Assembly (NCBI RefSeq): GCF_009834535.1
Contig: NC_045696.1
Coordinates: 13,518,001-13,582,000 of the forward strand
Reading direction: 5' to 3'
Length of the DNA: 64,000 nucleotides
Source of the DNA: Camelus ferus
Lineage: Eukaryota
Below, piece after piece: positions 13,230-26,690 of this stretch. The notes below the pieces were generated by a model. The model searched no databases. It was not told the origin of the DNA and saw only the letters and a list, made by a program, of their open reading frames with translations. Position 1 is the stretch's first letter; every line of letters starts with the position of its first letter. Both the position numbers and the translations under genes were made by a program.

Positions 13230-13450
13230 CAGACCTGTTCAATTTGAGTGTTGTTGATATTCTGGGCTGGTTAGTTTTTGTTGTGGGGAGCTATACTCTG
13301 CATTGCAGAATGTTTAGCAACATTTCTGACCTCTACCCACTAAATGCCAATAGCAGCTCCCCTACCTCCAACTTGAAACCAACAAAAATATCTTGAGACA
13401 TTGCCAGATGTCCCCTGGAGGACAAAAATCATACGCAGTTGAATATCACT
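13230..13450 (-). mobile_element. MER20 DNA transposon
   Basis: ttgttgtggggagct...gaatgtttagcaacatttctgacctctacccactaaatgccaatagc...gacattgccagatgtcccctgg. Confidence 0.85.
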
Positions 13451-15662
13451 GTTGTAGAGGAAAAACCTGACAGATTCAAAAGAATATATACACATAATGG
13501 AAAAGTGCTTTTGAAATACGAACACAAAATTTTTCCGTTATGCTTCACAGCAAAAAAGGAATGGTTGGCTTGTTAGTCTTCATCGCGTGGCCCACTAAGA
13601 GCACTATAAATTTAAATTGTTGCCATTCTTAATGGTTTTATTTTATAGTTTCAAAAAATCTTAACCTGTAATCACTCCCTAGAGGTTTGTAAGTAAAAGT
13701 TGCATCTTTATAAATCAAATAAATCAAGAAATAGTAGGCCAGTATAGGTCACTCTTCCAATATCTAAAATTTCACTCAGGTTCCCTATGCTTTTAATTAA
13801 GACTTTTGAATTTGGTTTGGTTTCTCAGCACATAAGCTCACTTAAATACAGCTATGCAAATTGATGTACGTGAAAAGCTTGAAAAATAGAATTAGGCAAA
13901 GTTCTAAAATAAATCTAGTTCTAGTAAATTGCAAATTTTTAATTAAGAGCTACTAATCACAACATGGTTCTTGTATTCCTTCAGATACAAGGTGCTTATT
14001 ACCCTAAGGTAGACTAGGATTGATTTTGAAAATAAGTGAATTTACCTTTCCTTCTGATGACACAATAAAGTAGTCCTGCTGGGTGATACGACTGTTCCAC
14101 ACACAAAAGCAGGTGAAAGAAAGGTGAGCAATTATACAAACACAGACTGTGCCGGCAATAGATTGGACAACGTATTTACAAACGTATTCTCCTTTGTTGA
14201 GTTAAATACCAGACAGTTCTCCATTGATTTGATTTTGTGCATGAAATCTGGCCTCAATTTCCATATTAACAAAATGGTTATATTAGGAATAACTTTCTAC
14301 TTTGAAGCAACAATAAAGATATGATACATAAACATATACATCATATATGTTTAATATATCATAAATGATCTGTGTCCAACAAATACTAGTTTAAATTTTA
14401 AGATGAATTGATAACACCCCTAACATTTTGAAATAAGTTTCCTACATATTTGTTTGTTTCTTCAACATATGCCAAACATGGAAAAAATAATTTCTGTGGT
14501 TGAATAAAACTGATTTCACAGTTATCTGACAAAGGCATACCTTTCTACCAATCTTCATAACCTTGAATAATTTAATATACACTTAGGTTTTCATTATACA
14601 GAAATGGTTATCTCTTTAACAAATTTGCATGGATCCTATGAATCTCAGAAAAAAAACAATCCTAGAGAAAACATTCACAATATGTATTAGTAGTAACCCA
14701 AATACACTTCTTTTCATTTTCTTTTCTTTTGAACTAATGTTCTCTATGCCTACATGTTAAAAATTACATTTACTTAAATTATCCTTCAAAAAATAGGTGG
14801 AAACAGCTCCCTGTTTAAAAAATCCTAAGGTGCAAATCCATTACCTTCGCTGTTGTATTCCTCTCTCCTTTTTTACTTAATTGCGATTATTGGGTCCTGC
14901 ATTTGCACACCCCTAAACAAATCACTTTCTTGAGCAGCTTTTGGGGAAAACACGTAGAGAGGATTGCAGATTTTTTTTTTCTAACAAGAGGGATCTTAAA
15001 TGTTAAGGTTTGGTACGTAAGACAAGATTGCAGGGCTTAAAATGGTTTTCCCAAATACACACTAGTAAGAAAGTGATCACTTTTTGATGGCTTAACTGGA
15101 CTGCTGTGTTCTTGATTCACATGATCTGTGCCATTTGAGTGTGTTTCTTGGTGTGTGTGAATGGGTCTTTCCACAAGTAATTTTGCAATTCTTTTTGACT
15201 ATGACTTAACACTGTCTACAGATTTATGAACTATAAGGCTGACTTGGATGGGCATAAATTAATTTACAATGTGACATTCTTCCTCTTTCAAAGGCCCTGA
15301 AGAGGTACCCCCTCCCCATCCTGCATATTATTTTTCAGTGGAAATGCCAATTTCTAGCTTTTCTCAGACAGCTGTAATAGAGAAATTCCACTTCCATGTA
15401 ATTTTGTATGTACTGCATTCACATTAATGTTTGATGGAGAGGAAACTAGATAATGGTTGTGGAGAATAAAACTTCTGCAATGATAAGCATGTGAAACAGA
15501 CGGAAGCTATTATTAACTCAATTTGTATCTCACCTGGTTATTTTACAGACGTGGCAGGAATCTTTCATTTTATCAAATTATTTTTCAGCTCAAAGTGTAG
15601 AGAAATGGGTTTGGAAATGAAATAGACTGTGAAGTTTTAATGAGTATTTCCTTTCTCCCAGA

Positions 15663-15663
<1 letters not shown>

Positions 15664-15713
<50 letters not shown>
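15664..15713. repeat. (AAC)n trinucleotide microsatellite
   Basis: About 16 perfect units. Confidence 0.95.
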
Positions 15714-18700
15714 AAGGTGAGAAATTCTACAGAATTTAAAGTTGTTCCTCAAGATCCACAAAGATCAAAGGCTGAAACCAAAACACAGACTGTTTCAGGT
15801 TTTGTTTGCTTGTTTTTAAATCTGAAAACCATTGTAGTACTGCTGAATATGGGAGTCTAAAGGAATTTGGATAAATCTGACTTTCAGGACACAGACTGAA
15901 AAGCAAAATCTAAAGTTGCTCTTTTTCACCCTTATGTAATCAATGGTCCTGTTCCACGTAACAGGCTTTTCTAAGAAAAGATGATTGGAATTACAGAGGA
16001 GTATTTGAAAGGTGCAGAGAGGAAAGGAAAGATGTAAGCTTTATTTTTGACCAGGATATGCCAAGCAGATTCTAATTAACAACAAAAACAACAAATAGCA
16101 CAGATAAGGAGATACAAAACACAAAATCTAAGAAAACAAGATAGCACAAAAATAGCAAAAATGTTTTTCTAAACAGTAGGTGTATATATAGTCATGAAGC
16201 ACTGACCTCATGAGACAATGAGTTTTATTCTACTTTTGCTGTAAGTAAAAAAGGGCTTAAGATCAAATGCTCTGAAACCCAAATAATCATGGTGGACAGA
16301 TTATGCTGAATATGTTATTGGTTTATAGATGACCTTATAGGAGGTCAGTGTGTGGACAGTTCCCAATCTATCCATATTAGAGTTTACCTGAAAGACACAT
16401 TGTTTAAATTTGATGTCTCAAAGAGATTTATTTTTTCCTCTTTATTCCTATTTTTTTTCTTTTAATGGCTCTGGTCAATATTTGATGACATTTGTAGACT
16501 TGTCCTCCAGTGCAGACAAATGCGTATCAGCCATTATGCTATTTAACGTGATACTCTCAGAAGGGTTTTCTGAACAAAATTTTGGCACTGCTTTCAGGTG
16601 CTTCATCCACCAGAAGTGAAGTGGTCTTCTATCCAAGGAGGTATCTTGTTTAGGTTTCTTAATTCCACAGAATGGCCTCAACCTTCCTTCTGATGTTTAT
16701 GGTCCAGCTTTCACTAGAAATGCATACTTCATCTCCAACCTCTACCCCTTTAACCTTTTGTTGCTCAACTTCCAATAAAGCTCAGATCCAAGGATCAACA
16801 ACGATGACAAATTTGAACTGGTAGGCAGTCCATCCATTCCCCTAGACATCATAAATTTTAGTGTTGGATCAAACCAAGCTGCTTTGAGATTTCCATACCA
16901 GGATGTTTTGCAGAATTGTTTTCAGTTACTATTTGGTGTCTTGCCATGGAGTTATATTGAGCACTTCATAAGAAACAAATGAATGGAACACATTACTTAT
17001 TTCATCATAAGGATGGTATCTGTGATCACATTATTTCTCTTTATCGAGATCATGGGATACATTTCTTCCATAGTTGTTAATGTAAAACCCTATAATTTAT
17101 CCAAGCACCTACACTCTCTGAACTTTGTGCTTTGTTCTGTTTCCCTTCTCACTTCTGCTGCTAGAAAGCTCAGATAAACGTTCTGGTCTACTTTTGGAAT
17201 CTGCTTAGGGACATCACCCCTGTATTAATTTCACCTTTACCTCCATCTTCATTATTGTATTTGTATCAAGTTATAATATACGTAGTTCTGTAAGCCTTTG
17301 AAATGATTTTATAAGACAAGCTATAAATATAAGAATGAATAAGTGAGTAACCAAATGATAGATAGTATGGAAAAACATAAATTAAAATGTATCCTCTGAA
17401 GGGAAAAGAAAAGGTCAAATGTTACTCTCGGAAGCCAGAAGTCAATTTGAAAGATTACTTCATGTGAAACAAAAGGCAGTCTAGACTCCAGGAATCATAC
17501 AGCAAATTTATTTTGGTATTCTCTCCAAAAATTGTTTACTGATTCTTTTTTTTTATAAGCATCACATTAATTATTCATTCCACCTCACTATCCTACATCT
17601 AATATAGAGGTGGGAAGATGAATCTCAGAGTTCCACACTGTGGCCTGCCTTCCTGATTTTTGATGACATTCTCAAAAACTAAGTGATAGATATTACCCTT
17701 ACCACTCTTCCCTTGGATACCCATGTGTTCAACCTAACCAAAGGCTAACACTCACTTGAATTAAATTAAGATAATAAAAAATAATGTTAGTACCTAATGA
17801 TCATTCTAAATTGCTTTACCAAAGGCCACTTATTTGTAATTGCTCTTTCAGTTTTTTTTTTTTTTTCTGAGAGTCTTATCGGATATAAAGACATTTCTGT
17901 AACTCAAGGAACTGTAAGATAAGTTGACAAAAATGCCTTGGTAACACAAAGTTGAAAAAAAGTCTCAAGATATGTACCATTTAAAACCTTTCTGTTAAGA
18001 TTTCCATTGATATTTTTCCCAGAAATTTCTTTGGATTTTAATCTTTCAATAATTATCACCACCTGAACTTCATTTCTCACCTCTGTTTCCCAGGTCTGCC
18101 CTCTCCTTTGAGACACATTTCAAAATGTAACTTCTCTATGGAGCATCCAAATTTAAAGAACCCACACCGGGGAGTTCTGTGATCCTTGTATTCTGGAACT
18201 TCTATGTATTTTACTGGTTAATTACAATATCCCCTTCATTCAAATACAGATTTTTAACAAATGTCAAATGAGTCACATGAGAAAAACAAAGTTGCCAGGA
18301 AACAACATTGAGATGCAAGTTAAGAACTGTAGCTTGGCTGTCTAGTATCTACTTGGTTTCCCTTCTGGTGTCTCAGTTTTTTCATCTATCAAATAAGAAA
18401 GTTGGATGTTAAGATCTCCCAAGGCCCTACATTGCTCTTAAGCACTATTATTTTTAATTTATTCATATATTTATTTATATGATTTTTTATTTGCATACAT
18501 GTCACATGAAAAATATTTTTTGTATGTTTATATTTATATGCTTTCAGTATCTTGTCCAAAGGGATTTCTGGGTCAGATTTCTCTCTCTTTACCATTTGGC
18601 TATATAGAAATCCTAGAAGGGTACATGGCATATGTTAAACTGACAATAAATAATTATTTATAATATTTTGGGGTATTTTGTATTAAACAATTACTTTCCC

Positions 18701-21554
18701 TTAAGATATTTATTTTGTAGTTTAATACTGATTACTTTCTCACAAATGATCCACAGATGTAGCAAAAATATTTTCAGCCCTTTCATGTTGACTGGGCCCG
18801 AGGTGATGGCATGTGAACCTTGTTCAACCTGACCGATAAGAATATTCTCACTGGCCACAGAACAGACATCTCAAAAGTCCTTGTAGCCTGAAAACATTCT
18901 GTCCTGGTTTCTGTGATCCCAGTGTCCTCCTCTCCACCCTTCCTTCTCCTTCCACCACCGCCAGTCACAGACAGCGTGTCTATCTCTATCATCTGTTCCT
19001 GGTTATTTGAAATGCAATAAAGGCTTCATATGTGATTTTTTTTTTCCCCCAGGTAGAATAAATAAAGCACAAAAAAATCCAAAATTTAAATTTTAATATA
19101 TGTAGGTATTTATATATGAATATATATTATATAAGTAATATATACAGTTATATGTTTAAAGATACATGCAATAATGTGTATATGTGTATGTAATTCAAAT
19201 AATATGTACTAGTTATATAACTATGATATAATAGAGACCATATGATAATTATATATAGGGTGGGAAATCTTAAAAAAAAAAAAGACTTTCTGTTGCAAAA
19301 TCCAAAACTAAAATATAGAAAGTTTATATTTTCTGTTGCTTCTGTTGTTGTTGTCTTAATTTTTAAAACCTTGCTAAAAACTAAACATCAGAGTTCACAA
19401 AAATGTATGCTACTGTAGGAATCCAGCTCTGTTTCCCTGCCTTGGAGTTTGGAAACCTGGAGTTGAGATAGGAGGTCAGTAGACCCCCTGGGATTTGGGG
19501 CGGGCCTGTGCCCACGTACAGTTTGTGGTCTGAGAGTGGACAGCACACACTGTACACTTTGCTGCTCAAAGTTCATGAAGGTAATGAAGGTGGAGGCATC
19601 GTATGCTAGTAAGTTGATGCTGGCTGCTGCTGTGTGATGAGGTGCTGAGTTAAGAGCCCACATGAGAAACCACACAGACAATGTGCTGGGTCTCAAAGGG
19701 TGAGTGAATCAAGGTGGGTTCTCCAGTCAGGGATGTGGGCAGCAGATGTCATAGAGTTGGTCAACCTCAGTGATTGTCCTGAAGGAAGGACAACAAATGC
19801 CTCTCCCTGAAAGGCAGAGGTCTTTGATCTCTGTAGGGAGAAGGAAGAAGACAGATCCCTACACATTTACATTTTAAATGGAAGGCGAGGACCTTGATGT
19901 GGTCCTGGCAGAAATAGGGGTTTGTGTGACTCATTAAGTTTAATTTCAGGGAAATGAATAAAGTTCCATTTCCACACACAGGATGCTATTTCTATAAATG
20001 CTCAGTATAATGGTGTTGCACATCTTCGCACAGTTTCTCAGTTCAAACCAATCACGATTAAGCAGATCCAACTCTCTAGAGGGACTGCAGACCAGGAAGG
20101 CATTAGCTGTGGCATCCAGGCACCTGTTCACCACCAGCTCCCTCAGAAAGACAAGGGAATGGATTTATTTACTAAAAGGTCATACGACATGGCCAAACTA
20201 AGAATCACCAGAGCTGGTAGTATGCTCATTTCGTGCACTTTTCAGTCTGCCAAACTGCATACAAATGACTGCTAGAGTAACCTAGAAAGTACAGAATGGT
20301 AACTTTAACCAATCATTTTTAAATTGGGGAAAGAACAGTGCTAGGAATAAAAATGAAAGGAAAAAATCACCTGCAATTCCACCATCTCAACAAAACAAAT
20401 GGGCTTCCTCTTTCCACACTCATGTTTTTAGTTCTTATCTATGAGCAAGGATGAATTGTCTACATTCCAAATCCAAGGTACTGCAAAATCACGCACCACT
20501 CCTAGGCATTTTCCATTTTACTATGTACATTTCATCATAAGGCTATATTTAATAGATCCTTCTCTCTTGAGGCTACAGTATTCTTTTCTTAACCATTCCT
20601 TCCTGTTAAACATTTAGATGATTCACAATCATTTATGAGGGTTCTTGCCAATTCAGCAAGCATGTATAGAAACAGCCCTAGAGTTCAAATATATCCTGAG
20701 AACAAAAGAAACACTGCCCAGAATTCAAAAGGCAAATAAATATTGCCTTTTGACTTGAAAGATAGCTCTATCTAACTAATCCATTTTTAGGAGATGAAAC
20801 ACAATAACATCTTACACAATATAAACATAGACAAGTCACCAGAATACAACTTTTGTTTGCGGATTGCCAAAATATTCAATCCAACATTGCAGAAGCTTAA
20901 ATTAAAAAAGAAAAGAAAAGAAAACCCTTAAAAGTTGTAACTGAGTCCTCACAATGAAAAAAAAAAAACACTTGACTTACATCATGCTTTTCCCAATTTG
21001 AATTATAACGTACTCTATTGGCTCTGGGAATTAAGTATTGATTTTTTTAAAGGCATATTTAGACAATTTTGCTAAGAAAAGGAATCGTGCAATTAATTTG
21101 CTATGAGTATTCATTCAAAGACATCAGCACTTAATGTCTCTGGCAGAGGATGTTACAAGGCTTGAATCACTATTCAAAGTTGAATTATGTTTAATTAAGC
21201 ACAAAAGGCATGCAATAGTTGAGAACCTAGATGCTAATGGATAGAAACAGCTCATGTCTGCTTTTGTACAACCTCACTGCAGGATTCTAAAGAAGACATA
21301 CAACTATCACATTTATTAACAGCAATTTTTATATAAGGTTTACTTCTTTAATGATTTTTTCCAACATTATATGCTGTTGTCTTTATTTTAATGATACTCT
21401 AGAAAACTATGTAGCATATTATATGGAATTGACTGTAGTTTTTTCTGTTTTCCTTGACACAATTAGTTATAAACTTGTATGTACTACAGCGTAGGTAGGA
21501 ACAGTAACAGCAGAAGAGATCTTGATATGGGTTGAGGGGTTTTGTTTTTTTAAA

Positions 21555-22505
21555 GATAGACATTATTTGTTCATTTTTTAGAACAGTTTTAGATTTACAC
21601 CCAAGTTGAGAAGGTAGTACAGGGAGTTCTTGTATACTCCACATCCAGTTTTCCCTGTTATTAATATCTTTAAATGAGTATACACATTTGTTAAAATTAA
21701 TAAAACTATTGACGCACAATTATTAAGTAGTGTCCATATTTATTCGCATGTCCTTAGTTTTTACCTAATGTCCTTTTTTCCTTCCAGGATCCCACTCAGA
21801 ACATCACATTCTGCTTATTTGTCACTGTCTCCATAGGTCACTCTTGGCCGTGATGGTTTCTCAGACTTCGTTTTTCACGACATTGAGAGTGTTGGCAAGT
21901 ATTGGCCACGTATTTTGAAGAATGCCTCCCTATTGCTATTGGTCTGATGTTTTTCTCACGATTAGAGTGGGAATCTGGATTTGGGGTGGGGGGTTGGAAC
22001 CAGAAAGGCAAAGTGCCATTTGCATCCCATCATGTCAAAGGCAACTACTGTCAACATGATCTGCCCCTGGGGATGCTGGTCTTGATCACTTGGCTTTTCT
22101 GTTTGGGAGATATGTGTCTCTTTCCCCATTTACTTAGTTAATCATTTATTTATATCAGCATGAACTACATCAGTATTTATTTTCTATTTTGGCTTATAAT
22201 TCAGGTACTACTTTTAAATATTTTATTGCTCAAATTATTCCAGCTTTGGCCATTGGGAGCCCAGTACTTGGTGCCTGTGTGCCTTTAACATATTCCCGTC
22301 AGGGGCATGTTTTTTGACCATTTATTTTTCTGGCACTACAAAATGTCCCAGGATCATGGAAATTTCTTTTTCAGTCCCCATACTGTCCATTTCTCCAAGA
22401 ATGCCTGGATGTCAGTTGTGTTCAGTTGCTCTTGGGGTGTCATTGTTTCCTATAGGCCCTCTTAGCTGACAGAGCTAGGAAACATTCGTATGTGTATACT
22501 AACCC
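21555..22505 (-). mobile_element. L1MC-type LINE-1 3' end
   Basis: tttttagaacagttttagatttaca...gtagtacagggagttc...ttccaggatccc...gtttctcagactt...ggcaaagtgccattt...ttccagctttggccattgggagc. Confidence 0.8.
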
Positions 22506-22825
22506 ACTTATGGGTTATGTTTTAATCAATCAACTACAATACACATTTTACCTTAGTGTAGTCAATAACCTTGGACTTGCTCTGTGTAATAAATAACGGG
22601 ATTTTAATACATTCCTTTTTGCATTTTTAAAGAAAAACAGTAAGTTGTAATGAACTTCCAGCCTTTAAACTGGTAACTGATGACAAGGGGTAACAATTAA
22701 TCACTTGATTTCTATTAAATAAAAGCAAACATACAATTCTAGTATAAAAATATGCGTTGGCAAGCTCCTTGTTGGTAAGTTCCTTTTGAGACACTATTCA
22801 GTTGAAATTTTAGTATTGATAGACT

Positions 22826-22922
22826 TTTTTTGTTTGTATGTGGTAGGGGGGTAATTAGGTTTATTTATTTAATTGGAAGTACTGGGGATTGAACTCAGGA
22901 CCTCATACATGCTATACCTTCC
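22826..22922 (-). mobile_element. vic-1-type SINE with internal deletion
   Basis: ggggtaattaggtttatttattt...gtactggggattgaactcaggacctc...gctataccttcc; flanking tgataga duplication at 22817 and 22924. Confidence 0.8.
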
Positions 22923-24517
22923 ATGATAGATTCTTACATGTAGTTTTATTTTCTGTTGTGCTTTCCCCAGTCAGGACAACAGTAAACTAGTAACTCATCA
23001 AAAGATACAGGATGGGCTAGTCTTTCAAATGAATTTAGTCAATTAATGCTCTGAATAATATATCAAAAGAATTTAAAGAGTTAAAAGAAAGTGTTTTTAC
23101 TGTTGTATGGTAATTCTGTGAGATTGATTTGTGGTCAATAGGAGTTTATTCTTAATTTAGTCAATGTCAGTGTTTATTAAGTCCACTTTGTAATTAATCT
23201 TACCTTGTATTTAATAAATACATTAACACAGCATTATACAAAATTATAAGTTTAAAAAAAAACTAAATTTTGAATAAGAACAAAAAGAGTAAAATATTGT
23301 CCAAGTGATGTCGGAAAGTTATTCTAAATATTTTTAATTTTTCAGTAATTTATAAGTGGCATAAATAAAAAATAAAATATTTTTACCTCTTTACTTTTTT
23401 CCCCTCCAAAACCATTTTTCCAACTGACTTAAAATTACTAATATCAGCATTCTGATGTGTAAGAGTTTATGTTTTTTCAATTTAACATGACAAATTGATC
23501 TCAGTAGAAAATCAGGATGAGAAATTTATGAAGTTCATTTAGCTAGTATACATTCCTTTTAATTTAAATGTTTCCATTTCTCTATGAAAATTTAACATTG
23601 AAAAAATTAGATACACATTTTTTAAAAAAGTACTTTGAACTTTAAATATAGATAGACCTTTAACTTGCTACCAGTTCTGTTGCTGGAAAATATATTCTAA
23701 ATCTGATATAATTTTTTCTCCATTCAAAACAATGTTAGAAAGTAAGTTTAGTGAAAACAAAAATAGGAAAATGGTATATGTCACATTTTAAGCTAACAAA
23801 AATGGTGTTCCTTCAGAATAGATAATAGTGGTTTTAAAGATGTTTTCTCTATCATAAAGAACGACAGGTATCTAAACATTTAAAATCTACTCTTAAGGCC
23901 CTATGAAAAAGTTCCCAAGCAGAGAGTGGCAGAATTTGGATTACACTTAAGAAGCAGTACAATGCACGGCCATGTGAGTTTTGACATATATATTGACATT
24001 TCAATGGTTTTATTGTCCAGGGTTTCCTCAGATATGTTCTGGGCAGTATGAGTTCAGTGGGACATTAGTAGTTGTGATTCAAGTGAGAGTCCTCTGACAA
24101 TTAAAATGTGAGAGATACTGGATTAAACAACAACTGAAACAGGCTTCTTTGCAAAGAATTACAAAGAGCTTTCAATATACAAAACTCCCTCATGAATCTC
24201 TAAGGGGGAGCATTTCTCCACACTCACTTGACCAGACAAATTGTTCTAGGTACAAAACTCCTACCCTGTTTATTATTAGAAAGCAAGAACAGGAGGTGCC
24301 TTCATTAACCCTGACCTATGCCATGCATTCTACATATGACGTCACATTTCTTCTTTGCAATAAACCCATGAGTTTGTCTTTACTATTTCTCCTATAACTA
24401 ACAACATACACACACACACACATACATAATTATTAATCTTCCCCTGGTCAGTCAATTAGAAAAAGGCAGTTAGAGATGAGAATCCCCTTCTGCCTGGAGT
24501 TTTCCATCATTCTATCT

Positions 24518-24685
24518 TTAAAAATTTTTTTAAAAAAATTTTTAAGTGTCAGTTTCTTTTTATTTATTTATTACTAGGGTGGGGGGGTTGAGCTTATTTA
24601 TTTACTTATTTAAGGTACTGGAGATAAACCCAGGACCTTGTACATGCTAAGCATGTGCTCTACTACCGAGCTATACCCTCCCCCC
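24518..24685 (-). mobile_element. vic-1-type SINE, full length
   Basis: ggtactggagataaacccaggaccttgtacatgctaagcatgtgctctactaccgagctataccctcccc; TSD ccatcattctatct (24504-24517) / ccatcattctttct (24684-24697). Confidence 0.88.
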
Positions 24686-25784
24686 ATCATTCTTTCTCTG
24701 AAATGAAATAATTTCTAGAAAATTTTAAGACATAGATAATATTTTATATATTATATGGATAATTGTCTGTGAAACAACAAAAGAGGGTTGAGAGGCTATG
24801 GGAACTCACCACCACTACTATCTCCATCAATCTTCCTTCAAACCATTCCAATTAAGTGTGCAAGCTAATTAAAAACAGTGTGTTGGCTAGGTGGTAGGTA
24901 ACAAGGGTGATACTCCAACTAGATTATCTTCCTTAGCCCCTTCTTAAAGAGGAGTTCTGGAGAGTCCAATGATAATGCCAACTTTTCTCTTTGCTAATCA
25001 TCTAAAATATACTCAAATATAAATCACATTAATTTACTGTCATTACCCCAGAATAATGAAGAGTAACAGTTCATTTCTCTTATATCTGTTTTCAATCTTA
25101 AACAGTTATGTAACTACATACACAAGTGCACACACAATACGGCATAATTTAATGCAAGGAGCTTGAAACTTGAGATCAGAATAGATAGCTCCGCGCTCCA
25201 GCACTTCCACTAACTAGCACTTGAACTTAGGCAAAGCCACCAAGTCATGGTCTTCTCAATGAAAACTGGAGATTAGAAACCATATAAGAAAATTAGCTAC
25301 AGGTGAGGTCTATATAGTATAAATATTACGCCTATAAAATCAAGTATTAAAGGAAAAGGTGAATTATGCAGATAAATATAAGGCAGAAGATCTGCTCATT
25401 TGCAGAAATATGCTCACATTAGCCAGAGATTCCCTTTTCATCATCCATCAGAGAGCTTCTCCCCCAGGTTTTTCTCCTAGGGTCCAGTGGAGTTCTCAAG
25501 TTACTGTTGGGGCCAGCATGCTCTCTCAGGGTGAAATCTATCTCAGGACCAAACAGATCTTCCTGAACCGAGGCAGAGGTTTCTGCTCCAGGTTTGGCAG
25601 CCTGAATCCATTCTGCCTGTCCTCTGTGCATTTGAGGGCTTGAACCTATTCTGCACTGGCTATGTCATTGCTATAATAAAAATTGGACAGCAGAAGATGA
25701 ATGGAAAACTCTCTAAGAATAATATTTGGAATTAAAACATAGAAAGTGTGCACTGAAAACCTGCTGAAAAATGTCAGTGGTAAC

Positions 25785-25935
25785 ACAGACTGTAAACTAC
25801 CAGAATACAAGCATCAAGGAGGCAGCTACATTTGCCCATTTCGCTCACTGTTGCATGTCATGAATCTAGAAGTGTCTGGCTCATGGCAGGGAATGAGGCA
25901 CTTAATACATACTTGTCTGTTGAGTGAATAATGAA
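25785..25935 (+). mobile_element. L2 3' terminal fragment
   Basis: agactgtaaact...ctagaagtgtctggctcatggcagg...cacttaatacatacttgtctgttgagtgaat. Confidence 0.6.
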
Positions 25936-26219
25936 TATTGAAATGATGAAATAATTCAGTGATTAAAGAATAAAATTGTGAGTTTTGTACACTGAAAAAA
26001 ATGAACACTTATGTAATAAACATTACTTGGAACTTTGGGGGTCCTTAGGGTTAAATATTTAAAAAATGATGCTATAGCCTACTTGATGATGGATCTCTCT
26101 TAAGGAACTAAAATATTTGGACAATTATATTGCCATTTAAATTTCCATGCTATTCATAAAATTTTTTTACAGTATTTTTCTTTATATGCTATATTCAATT
26201 ACATAATAGTAATATATTA

Positions 26220-26690
26220 TATTTATTTAGTGGTTCATTGCAAATAATAAAAATGAGATTATTTGATCCTCCCTTGTGAAATAGGAAAGGCAGATGTCAT
26301 TACTGCTAATTCACAGATGGAGAGATTTGGGCTCAGAAATATTTAATGCCTTATGAAAATATACCACATTAACTTTTCAGTCCCTATTCAGGAAGAAAAC
26401 ATCAATAATAATAATTTGAAAAATAAAAACAAAACAACAAAACAATTATAATGTAACTTAAATCCCTTTAAGCAGTCTATGGATTCTTACCAAAGACATT
26501 ATGAGGTTGCAACTATTTCACCTGGATTTTTCAGATGCAAAACAAAAGCCTGGTGAGACTGAATACATTGAGACACATATCTAGGAAATCTCAGAGGTGG
26601 AACCCAAACCTGTGCTTTCTAACAAATCATATGGCAGAAAGCCTGGCTACCTATCACTTAACACTTAATCCTATGCTTTAACCACTACAT
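26220..26690 (-). mobile_element. Two MIR fragments
   Basis: ttcacagatggagagatttgggctcagaaat and tttcagatgcaaaacaaaagcctgg...gaggtggaacccaaacc...atgctttaaccactaca. Confidence 0.6.

Noticed and set aside
19381..19850. Moderately GC-rich block with 62/102-aa ORFs and splice-like signals (minus-strand acceptors at 19831 and 19779, plus-strand donor at 19700)
   Set aside because: No protein similarity I can recognise, no paired acceptor and donor on one strand, and no poly-A tail or TSD to call a processed pseudogene. May be an old LTR; needs BLAST or RNA-seq.
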